Shown here piece by piece: positions 7,000 through 15,184 of a stretch of 61,200 bases of DNA. This DNA comes from a virus (Duplodnaviria > Caudoviricetes). The notes beneath the pieces were generated by a model that made no database searches, had not been told where the DNA came from, and saw nothing but the letters and a program-made list of their open reading frames with translations. Every line of letters begins with the position of its first letter. The stretch's first letter is position 1. Location: positions 1 through 61,200 of IMG/VR virus record IMGVR_UViG_3300046744_000205; one strand, 5' to 3'. Made by a program: the position numbers and the translations under genes.

Positions 7000-7131
7000 A
7001 TGAGTAAAAATAAACACCAATGCCCGTGGGATCTAGCCTACGAGCAGAACAAAGACAGATATACAAAGGAGCAAATAGATGAAATGCTTCTTTGTGAGAT
7101 TCAAGAATTAATATACCAAGAAAATGATTAG
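7000..7131 (+). CDS. Hypothetical protein (43 aa)
   Basis: Manual translation MSKNKHQCPWDLAY... Confidence 0.55.
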   Translation: MSKNKHQCPWDLAYEQNKDRYTKEQIDEMLLCEIQELIYQEND

Positions 7132-7360
7132 AACATTAAATTTACACTTACTACTTGTAAGTACACACTACGCAGAATTTTTTAGACACATTGCAGAGTC
7201 AAAAGGGGTAGGTTTAGGAGTATTATGCAACCAACTGATTGAGAACAACTACGATTGGGTAGACAGAGTTTTTAGTGACGAGGGTTGGAGAATTGAAGAC
7301 TTAGCACACGATTTTGTAGGACTATTAAAAGTAGACGAACATTTTTTACCAAGAATATAA
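7124..7360 (+). CDS. Hypothetical early protein
   Basis: ORF track. Confidence 0.7.
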   Translation: MIRTLNLHLLLVSTHYAEFFRHIAESKGVGLGVLCNQLIENNYDWVDRVFSDEGWRIEDLAHDFVGLLKVDEHFLPRI

Positions 7361-7392
7361 TTTGGTCACACTAAAGTAATGTACTATATTTG
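7361..7392 (+). promoter_or_regulatory. Early promoter
   Basis: TTTG-N20-TATATTTG. Confidence 0.8.
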
Positions 7393-7415
7393 TACAACAA
7401 TAAAACAATAACACA

Positions 7416-8102
7416 ATGAATTACAAGATTCCAAAGAACCTTTTAAGTAAGGGTTCGACAAACGCAAAGACAGCAAAGAACCACATCGATACGTACATAT
7501 TGTACCTATCACCTTACAATCAGAATAGCTTGGGCATCAATGTATGTCCGAAAGCAAGTGAGGGTTGTGCGAAAGCATGTTTGTTCACGGCAGGCAGGGG
7601 TAAGTTTACCAATGTACAAAACGCTAGGATAAACAAGACAGAGTACTACCTTCAAGACAAGGAGAGGTTTATACTTCAGATGGCATCAGAGTTAGTCAAG
7701 ATAAACAAGAAAGGTAAAGCCTTGATCCGACTAAACGGAACGAGCGACATCGACTTCATAGCATTACTAAAAAAGTATGCCAAGCTAGATGTATTCGACC
7801 TAAATAATCTGATATTCTATGACTACACAAAAATCATAGGCAAGGTACGCAAGTACATAGACAAGCCGTACACACTCACGTTTTCTAGAGCAGAAGACAA
7901 CGAGAACGAGATGATGCAAGCACTACACTTGGGTACAAACGTATCGGTAGTGTTCAATAGAGAACTACCAAGCACATACAGAGGTTTCAAGGTAGTAGAT
8001 GGCGACATAACAGATGTCGAGATGATGAAATATAACGGAGTAATACTTGGACTCAAAGCCAAAGGCGATGCCAAGAAAGATAAAACAGGATTTGTAGTAT
8101 GA
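7416..8102 (+). CDS. Gp88-like (radical-SAM-related) protein
   Basis: NAKTAK, CPKASEGCAKACL, RLNGTSD, FYDYTK, LTFS, GLKAKG motifs. Confidence 0.7.
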   Translation: MNYKIPKNLLSKGSTNAKTAKNHIDTYILYLSPYNQNSLGINVCPKASEGCAKACLFTAGRGKFTNVQNARINKTEYYLQDKERFILQMASELVKINKKGKALIRLNGTSDIDFIALLKKYAKLDVFDLNNLIFYDYTKIIGKVRKYIDKPYTLTFSRAEDNENEMMQALHLGTNVSVVFNRELPSTYRGFKVVDGDITDVEMMKYNGVILGLKAKGDAKKDKTGFVV

Positions 8103-8344
8103 ATAGAATTGAAAAAGCATTTGAAGAACTGAAAAGCAGAGGACTGCCCGTGTTCAAGTACGAACATACAAGCGGATATTTTCAGATAGATACAGAGAGA
8201 TTTAGTTTTAGCAAAATGCAAGAGGGGTATTACCTCGATTACTATGATCAATATTTCAATGAGAACATAGAAAAATTGCTAAACAAGTACGACCTTTATT
8301 ATGAATGGGAAAACCCTGCGGTAGTATCAATACACGATCAATAA
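8099..8344 (+). CDS. Hypothetical early protein
   Basis: ORF track; ATGA coupling. Confidence 0.7.
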   Translation: MNRIEKAFEELKSRGLPVFKYEHTSGYFQIDTERFSFSKMQEGYYLDYYDQYFNENIEKLLNKYDLYYEWENPAVVSIHDQ

Positions 8345-8390
8345 TTCCGACACGTCGGAAAAACAATAACAACTTAAAAATAAAAATAAA

Positions 8391-8765
8391 ATGCCAAAGT
8401 TAACACACGACGAATTTGACAGACACATGGGAAGAAAACGACCCATGTCTTTAGAAAACCCAAACAAACCACTTGTTTGGATTAAATGCAACGAGGTTGT
8501 CTATGTAGAAATTAATGACTACATATATTATATAGACGACTCAACTAACGAGCAAGTAATGAAGAAGTGGAAAAAATCAGAAGTAAGAATTGAAGAATTT
8601 TTAGAAGATTATAACGCTTTAATTAGCGAGTTCAATGAAGAGTTAAGCGGAATAGATGATGCTGAATTGAACTCGGAAGCTAAAACAATTAAAGATGTAC
8701 ATATAGAAAATATACAAGATGACGATTATCTCATCGAAGAGTATTACGAAATTATAAAATTATAA
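8391..8765 (+). CDS. Hypothetical acidic early protein
   Basis: ORF track. Confidence 0.7.
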   Translation: MPKLTHDEFDRHMGRKRPMSLENPNKPLVWIKCNEVVYVEINDYIYYIDDSTNEQVMKKWKKSEVRIEEFLEDYNALISEFNEELSGIDDAELNSEAKTIKDVHIENIQDDDYLIEEYYEIIKL

Positions 8766-8775
8766 AAAGATTAAA

Positions 8776-9186
8776 ATGAAATTACAAGTAAAATTAAATT
8801 TAGATTACGAGACATTTGAAAACATAGTTGTAACCGCACTTGAGGGTGGTAGTAACTATTGGTATATACTAGGCGACATAAAAGGTTGCCCGCTAAGTTT
8901 TGAGATGACCGACAAAGCACCATCAGAACGTATAGCATACGGATTGTGGCACAACAAAGATGCAGAGGTGTATATTCACGATAATGAAATGGACATATGT
9001 GATGATGGAGAAGATGATACAGAGTTGTTGGGCATACTAACATACGATAGTGTGAGAGAGAGAATGCAGTTGGCTACGGAAAACCATTTGAGTGAGTTAG
9101 AGTCAATGATAAGTGGAGATTTTGATGCGTGTACTGCCGACACATTATTTCAAGTATTAGTAATGGGAGAAGTAGTATTTGGGTAA
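8776..9186 (+). CDS. Hypothetical early protein
   Basis: ORF track; ALEGGSNYW and C-terminal DACTADTLFQ...GEVVFG. Confidence 0.75.
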   Translation: MKLQVKLNLDYETFENIVVTALEGGSNYWYILGDIKGCPLSFEMTDKAPSERIAYGLWHNKDAEVYIHDNEMDICDDGEDDTELLGILTYDSVRERMQLATENHLSELESMISGDFDACTADTLFQVLVMGEVVFG

Positions 9187-9193
9187 GGTAAAA

Positions 9194-9225
9194 TTTGGTC
9201 AAACGATGTTATTATTATATATTTG
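9194..9225 (+). promoter_or_regulatory. Early promoter
   Basis: TTTG-N20-TATATTTG. Confidence 0.8.
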
Positions 9226-9288
9226 TACAACAATTATACAACCAATCCCTTTCCGATGAGTCGGAAAGGGTACTTACCCCCAACAAAC

Positions 9289-9492
9289 ATGTATATAGAA
9301 GAATTTTTAATAGCTAAGCCAAGATATTTGTACGTTGAGATAGATGATCTTGATCTAATGTACGAAATGGATTACACAGAAGTTAAACGATTAATAAAAT
9401 GGCATAACGATATGCTTGAAACTAATTACCAAACCATCAATGAGTTCAATGATGATGAGGATTACAGAAAAATAAAAATACAATTAAAATAA
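9289..9492 (+). CDS. Hypothetical early protein
   Basis: In-frame part of track ORF 9223-9492; the TTG start in the track lies inside the promoter. Confidence 0.6.
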   Translation: MYIEEFLIAKPRYLYVEIDDLDLMYEMDYTEVKRLIKWHNDMLETNYQTINEFNDDEDYRKIKIQLK

Positions 9493-9499
9493 AAACAAT

Positions 9500-9733
9500 A
9501 TGAAAGATTTAAAAGAAGTATCAAGCGAGGACTTGAGACAAGAGTTAGAATTACGAGGTTGGTACACCCAAAACTTATGGCACGTTGATAATGTGATGGA
9601 GTTTCACGATTGCACATCAGAATATGCAATGAGATTGCTAGATTTTGTGCTAACATCAGAACACATTACAGATGAAGTGTTCCGTGATATTGATGCATTA
9701 ATAGAACAACATAAACGAAAAGATGATGAATAA
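9500..9733 (+). CDS. Hypothetical early protein
   Basis: ORF track. Confidence 0.7.
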   Translation: MKDLKEVSSEDLRQELELRGWYTQNLWHVDNVMEFHDCTSEYAMRLLDFVLTSEHITDEVFRDIDALIEQHKRKDDE

Positions 9734-10106
9734 TAATAAACTAATAGCAGAATTTATGGAGTTCCCTACTCATACAGATGCAGTAGATGATAGAACAATA
9801 GCATATTATGTTGGCGAAAGTATTATGCATACAGATAATACAGAAAATGAAAACGATTGTGATGTGTTTCATCCCGATGATATGCAATTTCACACCTCGT
9901 GGGATTGGCTGATGCCCGTAGTTGAGAAGATATTCAGTCTTGGATATCACTATGAAATAAAACCAAGATATATGATGATAAAAGAAAGGTTAAGTAATGA
10001 TGAGTCTGAAGTTGTGGTTTTTGAATCTAATTTTAAGGGTCAAAACAAATCGCAAATAGAAATCATATACAATGCAGTAATAGAATTTATAGAAAGTTAT
10101 GAATAG
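9723..10106 (+). CDS. Hypothetical early protein
   Basis: NKLIAEFM...FHTSWDWLMPVVEKI...YNAVIEFI pattern. Confidence 0.75.
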   Translation: MMNNNKLIAEFMEFPTHTDAVDDRTIAYYVGESIMHTDNTENENDCDVFHPDDMQFHTSWDWLMPVVEKIFSLGYHYEIKPRYMMIKERLSNDESEVVVFESNFKGQNKSQIEIIYNAVIEFIESYE

Positions 10107-10386
10107 ATTAATAGTATTTAAAGATGATTTTGTCTTTGTAGATGTAACAGACATTGCAAAGAGTCTTTGGGGTAAAGAAGACTTGTATGTAGTAGATGTA
10201 GATAGACAAATAGAACATCTGATTGAGAGTAATTACCAACTTAAAAATTATTTACATAGTGGAACATTAAGGGTGTGCATCGAAGGTGGACACCTACCCA
10301 CACCAAGCATTGATTGGTGGGATGATTCAGAGAAGATTACCCACGAAGGATATGTTTATGTAAGAACAAAAGATATAATAAAATGA
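10099..10386 (+). CDS. Hypothetical early protein
   Basis: ORF track. Confidence 0.7.
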   Translation: MNRLIVFKDDFVFVDVTDIAKSLWGKEDLYVVDVDRQIEHLIESNYQLKNYLHSGTLRVCIEGGHLPTPSIDWWDDSEKITHEGYVYVRTKDIIK

Positions 10387-10549
10387 ACAGAGAAAGATTA
10401 AGCATTTATGAAGAGTGTAAGATAATAGTTGCACTAGAGAGAAAAGTATTAAGTCTCAAACACGATATCCAACACGCAGGAAGTAATGCGGTGGTTAATA
10501 TGTGGGATACAGAGGTAAAAGAATTAACACAAATAATAAATAAATTAAA

Positions 10550-10765
10550 ATGAAAGTATTTGATAGCATTTATACGGCTGATGGATTTGAAATCTATTGG
10601 CTACACGACCATACAGACACCACACTACAAAATCCTGAGAATGATCTCTATCAACTCGATTACGAGTTTTATGAGGTATGTCAAGAGATAGTACAGAGCG
10701 GTGCTGACTTTGAGAATTATGTTTTTAGTGATAAACAATTAAAAGATATGCGAAATGACAAATAA
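10550..10765 (+). CDS. Hypothetical acidic early protein
   Basis: ORF track. Confidence 0.65.
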   Translation: MKVFDSIYTADGFEIYWLHDHTDTTLQNPENDLYQLDYEFYEVCQEIVQSGADFENYVFSDKQLKDMRNDK

Positions 10766-10837
10766 AAGATTAATCAAGAGGTTTGTGCTTGGGTTTATAT
10801 TATTCCAAGCGACATTAATTCTACTAACTTTTGTGTT

Positions 10838-11320
10838 ATGATTAGTAGATTTATTGTTTTTATGTTAATGTTTGTGCTAGGTTTTCCGACCCGTCGGAAA
10901 CCTAGTCACAAAACAACAGAGAGAACTATCATCTCTGTGCCTGCAAAAGACACGACGTTGTCAGATTGGGATAAGCTTATAAACGCAATCATCTACGTTG
11001 AGAGCAGAGGTAATGACTCTGCGATTGGCGATAGAGGTAAAGCAGTTGGTTGCCTACAGATACACCCTATATGTGTGAGAGAGGTTAACCGAATCTTACG
11101 CAAGAATGATATGCCATTAGTATATACGTTAGAGGATAGATACAACAGAACAAAATCTATTGAGATGTTCAATATCATAGCAGAGCAATACGAGTGCTGT
11201 GAATACATAGAGTTTATGGATTACGCAGAGATAGTAGCAAGGCGATGGAACGGAGGTCCGAGAGGACATAAAAAAAGAGCAACAATTAAATATTTTAACA
11301 AAGTAAAAAAACAATTATGA
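10838..11320 (+). CDS. Lysozyme-fold (transglycosylase/destabilase-like) protein with N-terminal hydrophobic segment
   Basis: AIIYVESRG, AVGCLQI, ARRWNGGP motifs. Confidence 0.75.
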   Translation: MISRFIVFMLMFVLGFPTRRKPSHKTTERTIISVPAKDTTLSDWDKLINAIIYVESRGNDSAIGDRGKAVGCLQIHPICVREVNRILRKNDMPLVYTLEDRYNRTKSIEMFNIIAEQYECCEYIEFMDYAEIVARRWNGGPRGHKKRATIKYFNKVKKQL

Positions 11321-11541
11321 GTAACATGAGTTATTGCAGGTTTGAAAATACTGCACGAGATTTAGAAGATTGCCTAGATGCAATCCAAAACGGAGAGATT
11401 AATGATTTAGGTAGTCAGTATGAGGTAGATGCCTTAGAACAGCTACTTGATTTATGTAGAGACGTTGTAGCATACAAAGATGAAATTCAGGATGCTATTG
11501 ACAACAACAACAACAATGATTTAGATGTAATACCACACTAA
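11317..11541 (+). CDS. Hypothetical protein (MSNMSYCRFENT...)
   Basis: ORF track; ATGA-type coupling. Confidence 0.75.
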   Translation: MSNMSYCRFENTARDLEDCLDAIQNGEINDLGSQYEVDALEQLLDLCRDVVAYKDEIQDAIDNNNNNDLDVIPH

Positions 11542-11542
11542 T

Positions 11543-11827
11543 ATGAAGTATAGAATTATTAACGACAAGACAAACGAAGTAGAATGGGAGTTATTCTCTT
11601 GGGAAGAGGCATCTGAATTGGTAGATATGGAGAAAGAATCCATCATTCAAGTGATTGAATGTAGAAAGTGTTCAAACGATGCAGATGAAAGACACGATGC
11701 GTACGGAATATCTACAGGGTATTGGTGTGATCCGTGTTATCATTCAAACAAGTATCCATATCGCAAAGACGCATATGAGACCATTGAGACGCACGGATAT
11801 GGCGAAAGGCTAGGAAATGATTACTAA
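11543..11827 (+). CDS. Putative zinc-binding protein
   Basis: CRKC...CDPC. Confidence 0.65.
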   Translation: MKYRIINDKTNEVEWELFSWEEASELVDMEKESIIQVIECRKCSNDADERHDAYGISTGYWCDPCYHSNKYPYRKDAYETIETHGYGERLGNDY

Positions 11828-11833
11828 AATAAA

Positions 11834-11864
11834 TTTGCGTACTCAAGATATTATACTATCTTTG
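11834..11864 (+). promoter_or_regulatory. Early/middle promoter
   Basis: TTTG-N19-TATCTTTG. Confidence 0.8.
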
Positions 11865-11889
11865 TACCATTATTAAACACAATATAAAA

Positions 11890-12072
11890 ATGAAAAAAGT
11901 AAAATTTAACGACAATCAGAAGAGGCAATTATCATTGTTTTTATCTGAACAATTAGAAACCTTAGAGAAGGAGAAAAGGATTGGAAGAATTCATTATAAC
12001 AATCCCGAAATTATTAAAACCATTAGGGGAGCTATTGAAGTTGGAATAGCTGAAGAGATATGGAACAGATAA
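11890..12072 (+). CDS. Hypothetical protein
   Basis: ORF track, follows promoter. Confidence 0.65.
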   Translation: MKKVKFNDNQKRQLSLFLSEQLETLEKEKRIGRIHYNNPEIIKTIRGAIEVGIAEEIWNR

Positions 12073-12091
12073 TATTAACCAATTAAACACA

Positions 12092-12484
12092 ATGAAATCA
12101 ATTAGACAACAATTATTAGATGCCAAGACATTTGGTGCAGACAAACTAGAGATTCAAAGGTTACAACAACTTTTGAATGAGGAAGAGGCTTACAGAATCG
12201 ATGAGATATTTGATGAGGAATCAGATAGTGAGTTTCAGATTAAAGAGGTAACAAATCAGTTACAAGAATTATTAATTAAGAAGAACAGAGCATATGGCAA
12301 CTCGGCACTAGAGCCATTGAACGTATTCTCAAGTCAGAACGCAGTAGATTCTCTGTGTGCTAGACTAGATGACAAGTTAAGCAGAATCAAGAACAAAGGG
12401 CTAAACGATAAGACAGAAGACACGTTATTCGATTTAGCAGGGTATTTAATATTATTAATTATAGCAAAAAATGAGCAAGACTAA
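12092..12484 (+). CDS. DUF1599/nucleotide-modification-associated domain 1-like protein
   Basis: KKNRAYGNS, RLDDKLSRI, EDTLFDLAGYLIL motifs. Confidence 0.75.
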   Translation: MKSIRQQLLDAKTFGADKLEIQRLQQLLNEEEAYRIDEIFDEESDSEFQIKEVTNQLQELLIKKNRAYGNSALEPLNVFSSQNAVDSLCARLDDKLSRIKNKGLNDKTEDTLFDLAGYLILLIIAKNEQD

Positions 12485-12615
12485 ACAATTATTAGACGAT
12501 ATGCACTCTATGGATTTTTATAGTGTGTATGCAGATTCGGAGTATTGGTACAACGAGTGGGAGAAGATCAACAGAGAGAGAGTAAACAATTCAGATAAAA
12601 TTATATTAAAAAAAA

Positions 12616-12909
12616 ATGAAACACCATAAGTTTAAAATTTACGCAGAGAGAATCGCAGAAGAGTTTGATATATCAATCAAAGCATTGTTCTGTAAAAACA
12701 AAAGCAGGAACATAGTAGACGCACGTTACATATTATATCTAACGTGTGCTAAGAAAGGATTTAAGCCGTGTGATATAGAAAGGCTTATGGCTAAAAATAA
12801 GTACAAAATCAAGCACAACAGCATTTTACATGGTATCGATGTGATGAAACAGAAGATTGAATTTGAAGATGACTACAGAGATTTAGTAGACGAATTATGT
12901 ACGATTTAG
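12616..12909 (+). CDS. DnaA domain IV-like HTH protein
   Basis: KSRNIVDARYILY...KHNSILHG resembles DnaA C-terminal R..IV.AR....Y...DH.TV.H. Confidence 0.6.
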   Translation: MKHHKFKIYAERIAEEFDISIKALFCKNKSRNIVDARYILYLTCAKKGFKPCDIERLMAKNKYKIKHNSILHGIDVMKQKIEFEDDYRDLVDELCTI

Positions 12910-13295
12910 AAGACATATTTGATCAGGCATTTACTGATAATAAATCAGTAAAAAGGATTGAGAACGGATACCAATCCGTAAGGCTACTAGACGTTAAGAT
13001 CCTTAAGGATGATTACACGCACGACATCGATTTACTTAATACAAGTAAGCGGTACTACCAAAGACTAACCGATCAGGAGTTTGATACTTTTAAAGGAAAA
13101 GGTTGGAGATATGGTGTGTATGTCGTAACTTTGTCTAACTATCGTTCAAAACTTGATAAGGTTGAGAAGAGTATTCGAGACGAAGTTAATGGTAAAGGTA
13201 GCGAGAAAACAATCAGACAATTAAAGGCAACAAGGGATTCTTTGATGTCAAATTATACACAATTAAATAATAAGTTAAATGAGCAAACAAACTAA
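12897..13295 (+). CDS. Hypothetical protein
   Basis: ORF track. Confidence 0.7.
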   Translation: MYDLEDIFDQAFTDNKSVKRIENGYQSVRLLDVKILKDDYTHDIDLLNTSKRYYQRLTDQEFDTFKGKGWRYGVYVVTLSNYRSKLDKVEKSIRDEVNGKGSEKTIRQLKATRDSLMSNYTQLNNKLNEQTN

Positions 13296-13866
13296 ACCGA
13301 GTTATGAAATCTTGTCATCTATAAACGTAAAAGACAAGGTAGAAAGAAAAGGTAGAATGGATTACCTATCGTGGGCAAATGCGTGGCATATGCTTAAGCA
13401 ACAATATCCATCAGCACAACGTATCGTATACGAAGATCCTGCAACGGGATGGAACTACTTCTCTGATGGTAGATCATCTTGGGTAAAGGTTGGGATTGTA
13501 GTTAATGATGTTGAACACATCGATTACCTACCAATTATGGACTTCCGTAACAAAGCTATTGTAGCAGACGATGTTACATCTATGGATGTCAACAAAACTA
13601 TTCAGCGTTCAACTGCTAAGGCTATTGCAATGCACGGATTAGGTCTGTCGCTTTGGAAGGGTGAGGATGTTCCTGAAATGGTAACTAAGTCAGAGCCTGT
13701 TAAAAAGATAGCACTCAAGGTTAATGATTCTAATTGGGCTAAGGTTGAGAGATATGTATTGCAGAACAAGGGTAGCTTAAATATAGATGAGATTGTTGTC
13801 AATCTATCTAAGAAGTATACCATTAATGCAACTACCAAGAAAGAACTTCAAAGGATTCTTAAGTAA
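13279..13866 (+). CDS. Single-strand annealing protein (Sak3/DUF1071-like)
   Basis: YLSWANAW, YLPIMDFRNK, NKTIQRSTAKAIAMHGLGL motifs. Confidence 0.85.
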   Translation: MSKQTKPSYEILSSINVKDKVERKGRMDYLSWANAWHMLKQQYPSAQRIVYEDPATGWNYFSDGRSSWVKVGIVVNDVEHIDYLPIMDFRNKAIVADDVTSMDVNKTIQRSTAKAIAMHGLGLSLWKGEDVPEMVTKSEPVKKIALKVNDSNWAKVERYVLQNKGSLNIDEIVVNLSKKYTINATTKKELQRILK

Positions 13867-14597
13867 TGGATGTTATTGAAATGTTACGGGATGACACCAA
13901 CTACTATGGTGACTTCGGTAAGCAGTACCTATCTAATTCAGATATAGGTACACTACTGAAAGATCCTAGTCAGTTTGGTGTTACACAAATAGACAATCCG
14001 AACTTTGCTAAGGGAAGATACTTTCATCAGTTGATACTTGAACCAAGTAAGGCAGAGAATATTGAGTATGTTACTGCAAGTACACGCACAACAAAGGTGT
14101 ATAAGGAATACTGCTTAAATAAGGGTATTCACTATGCATTACTTGAGAGTGAGGTTGAAGATATACAGAGGTTAGTTTCAAAAATGTTGAGCAACTACAC
14201 ATTCTTTGATGATATCAGAAACGAGGGCAATGAGTATGAAGTACCTGCTGTTGGTAAGATATGTGGTCAGATGTGGAAAGGAAAGGCAGATATTGTACAT
14301 CCTGATATGCTAATAGATTTGAAGACTACATCTAATATAGATGACTTTAAGTGGAGTGCAAGGAGGTATAACTACGATAGCCAAGCATACATATATCAAT
14401 CGTTGTTTAATAAACCATTAGTATTCTACGCAATAGAGAAAGGTACAGGTAGGTTAGGTATATATAGACCAACTACAGAGTTTCTTGAACGTGGAGAAGA
14501 TAAGGTTGAGAGAGCAGTAGAGGTATACAAAAAGTTTTTTGCAGAAAATGCAAAGGAAAACATTAACGACTACTATATAGAGGAGGAGTTAATTTAA
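13866..14597 (+). CDS. PD-(D/E)XK exonuclease (RecE/DUF3799-like)
   Basis: LSNS, GRYFHQLILEP, KGKADI...IDLKTT, YDSQAYIY; adjacent to SSAP. Confidence 0.85.
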   Translation: MDVIEMLRDDTNYYGDFGKQYLSNSDIGTLLKDPSQFGVTQIDNPNFAKGRYFHQLILEPSKAENIEYVTASTRTTKVYKEYCLNKGIHYALLESEVEDIQRLVSKMLSNYTFFDDIRNEGNEYEVPAVGKICGQMWKGKADIVHPDMLIDLKTTSNIDDFKWSARRYNYDSQAYIYQSLFNKPLVFYAIEKGTGRLGIYRPTTEFLERGEDKVERAVEVYKKFFAENAKENINDYYIEEELI

Positions 14598-14605
14598 TTA
14601 TGATA

Positions 14606-14673
14606 AGGTGGGTTCGTACTTCCCAATCGTACCACACCTAAATTAATTGGGATAAATTTTATATATAATTATT
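14606..14673 (+). promoter_or_regulatory. Predicted H-type pseudoknot plus AU-rich leader of putative SSB
   Basis: Stem 14606-14616/14628-14639; loop TCCCAAT pairs with ATTGGGA at 14646-14652. Confidence 0.6.
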
Positions 14674-14937
14674 ATGTCAAACGAGACAATTTTTGCAGAT
14701 GGATTCATCTTCAAGAGAAAAGAAAACGCACCTGAATTTGTAGTAGGGTCGCAATCAATTAAAGTAGAAGAGGCAATTGCATTTCTTCAAGCAAACCAAA
14801 AGAATGGATGGGTTAACCTAGACATCAAGCAGAGTAAAGGTGGCAAATATTACTGCCAACTTGATACTTGGCAACCTAAACCAAAGAAGGATGTGATGGA
14901 AGTGGTCAGCGAAAAAAGCGATGAACTGCCATTCTAA
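14674..14937 (+). CDS. Putative single-stranded DNA-binding protein
   Basis: Follows SSAP+exonuclease; acidic SDELPF C-terminus typical of SSBs. Confidence 0.6.
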   Translation: MSNETIFADGFIFKRKENAPEFVVGSQSIKVEEAIAFLQANQKNGWVNLDIKQSKGGKYYCQLDTWQPKPKKDVMEVVSEKSDELPF

Positions 14938-14958
14938 AACCCCTTAAGAATAAGTAAC

Positions 14959-15005
14959 GGGGGGTTATATTCCGACACGTCGGAAACCATAACTCCCCTT
15001 TATTT
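14959..15005 (+). terminator. Terminator-like hairpin capped by the 16-bp palindrome
   Basis: GGGGTTAT...palindrome...ATAACTCCCC then TTTATTT. Confidence 0.55.
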
Positions 15006-15016
15006 GCTCTAGTGAA

Positions 15017-15184
15017 TGACGAAAATAAAATTTCCTATACTACTACTACTACTATATATATAATTTTATTTTTTTATCTCGTATGTGTAAAAATAATCGT
15101 CAAAATCGTCAACATACTTAGTAATCAACTACTTAAGTCAAAATAATCGTCACAAAATCGTCACAACAATGGAAAAAAACGTCA
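15017..15184. repeat. Iteron module B, candidate replication origin
   Basis: AATCGTCA at 15095, 15104, 15145, 15156; inverted TGACGA at 15017; AATCAA-CTAC-TTA at 15123-15135; abuts primase-helicase start. Confidence 0.85.

Larger units (their letters stand above)
4610..14985 (+). repeat. Dispersed 16-bp palindrome TTCCGA-YNNG-TCGGAA, 11 copies
   Basis: Starts at 4610, 4874, 5461, 5930, 6219, 6321, 6967, 8345, 9251, 10884, 14970. Confidence 0.95.

Noticed and set aside
4610-14985. Palindrome copies as a CRISPR or guide-RNA array
   Set aside because: Spacing ranges from about 100 bp to 4 kb, intervening DNA is genes, and no cas-like gene is present
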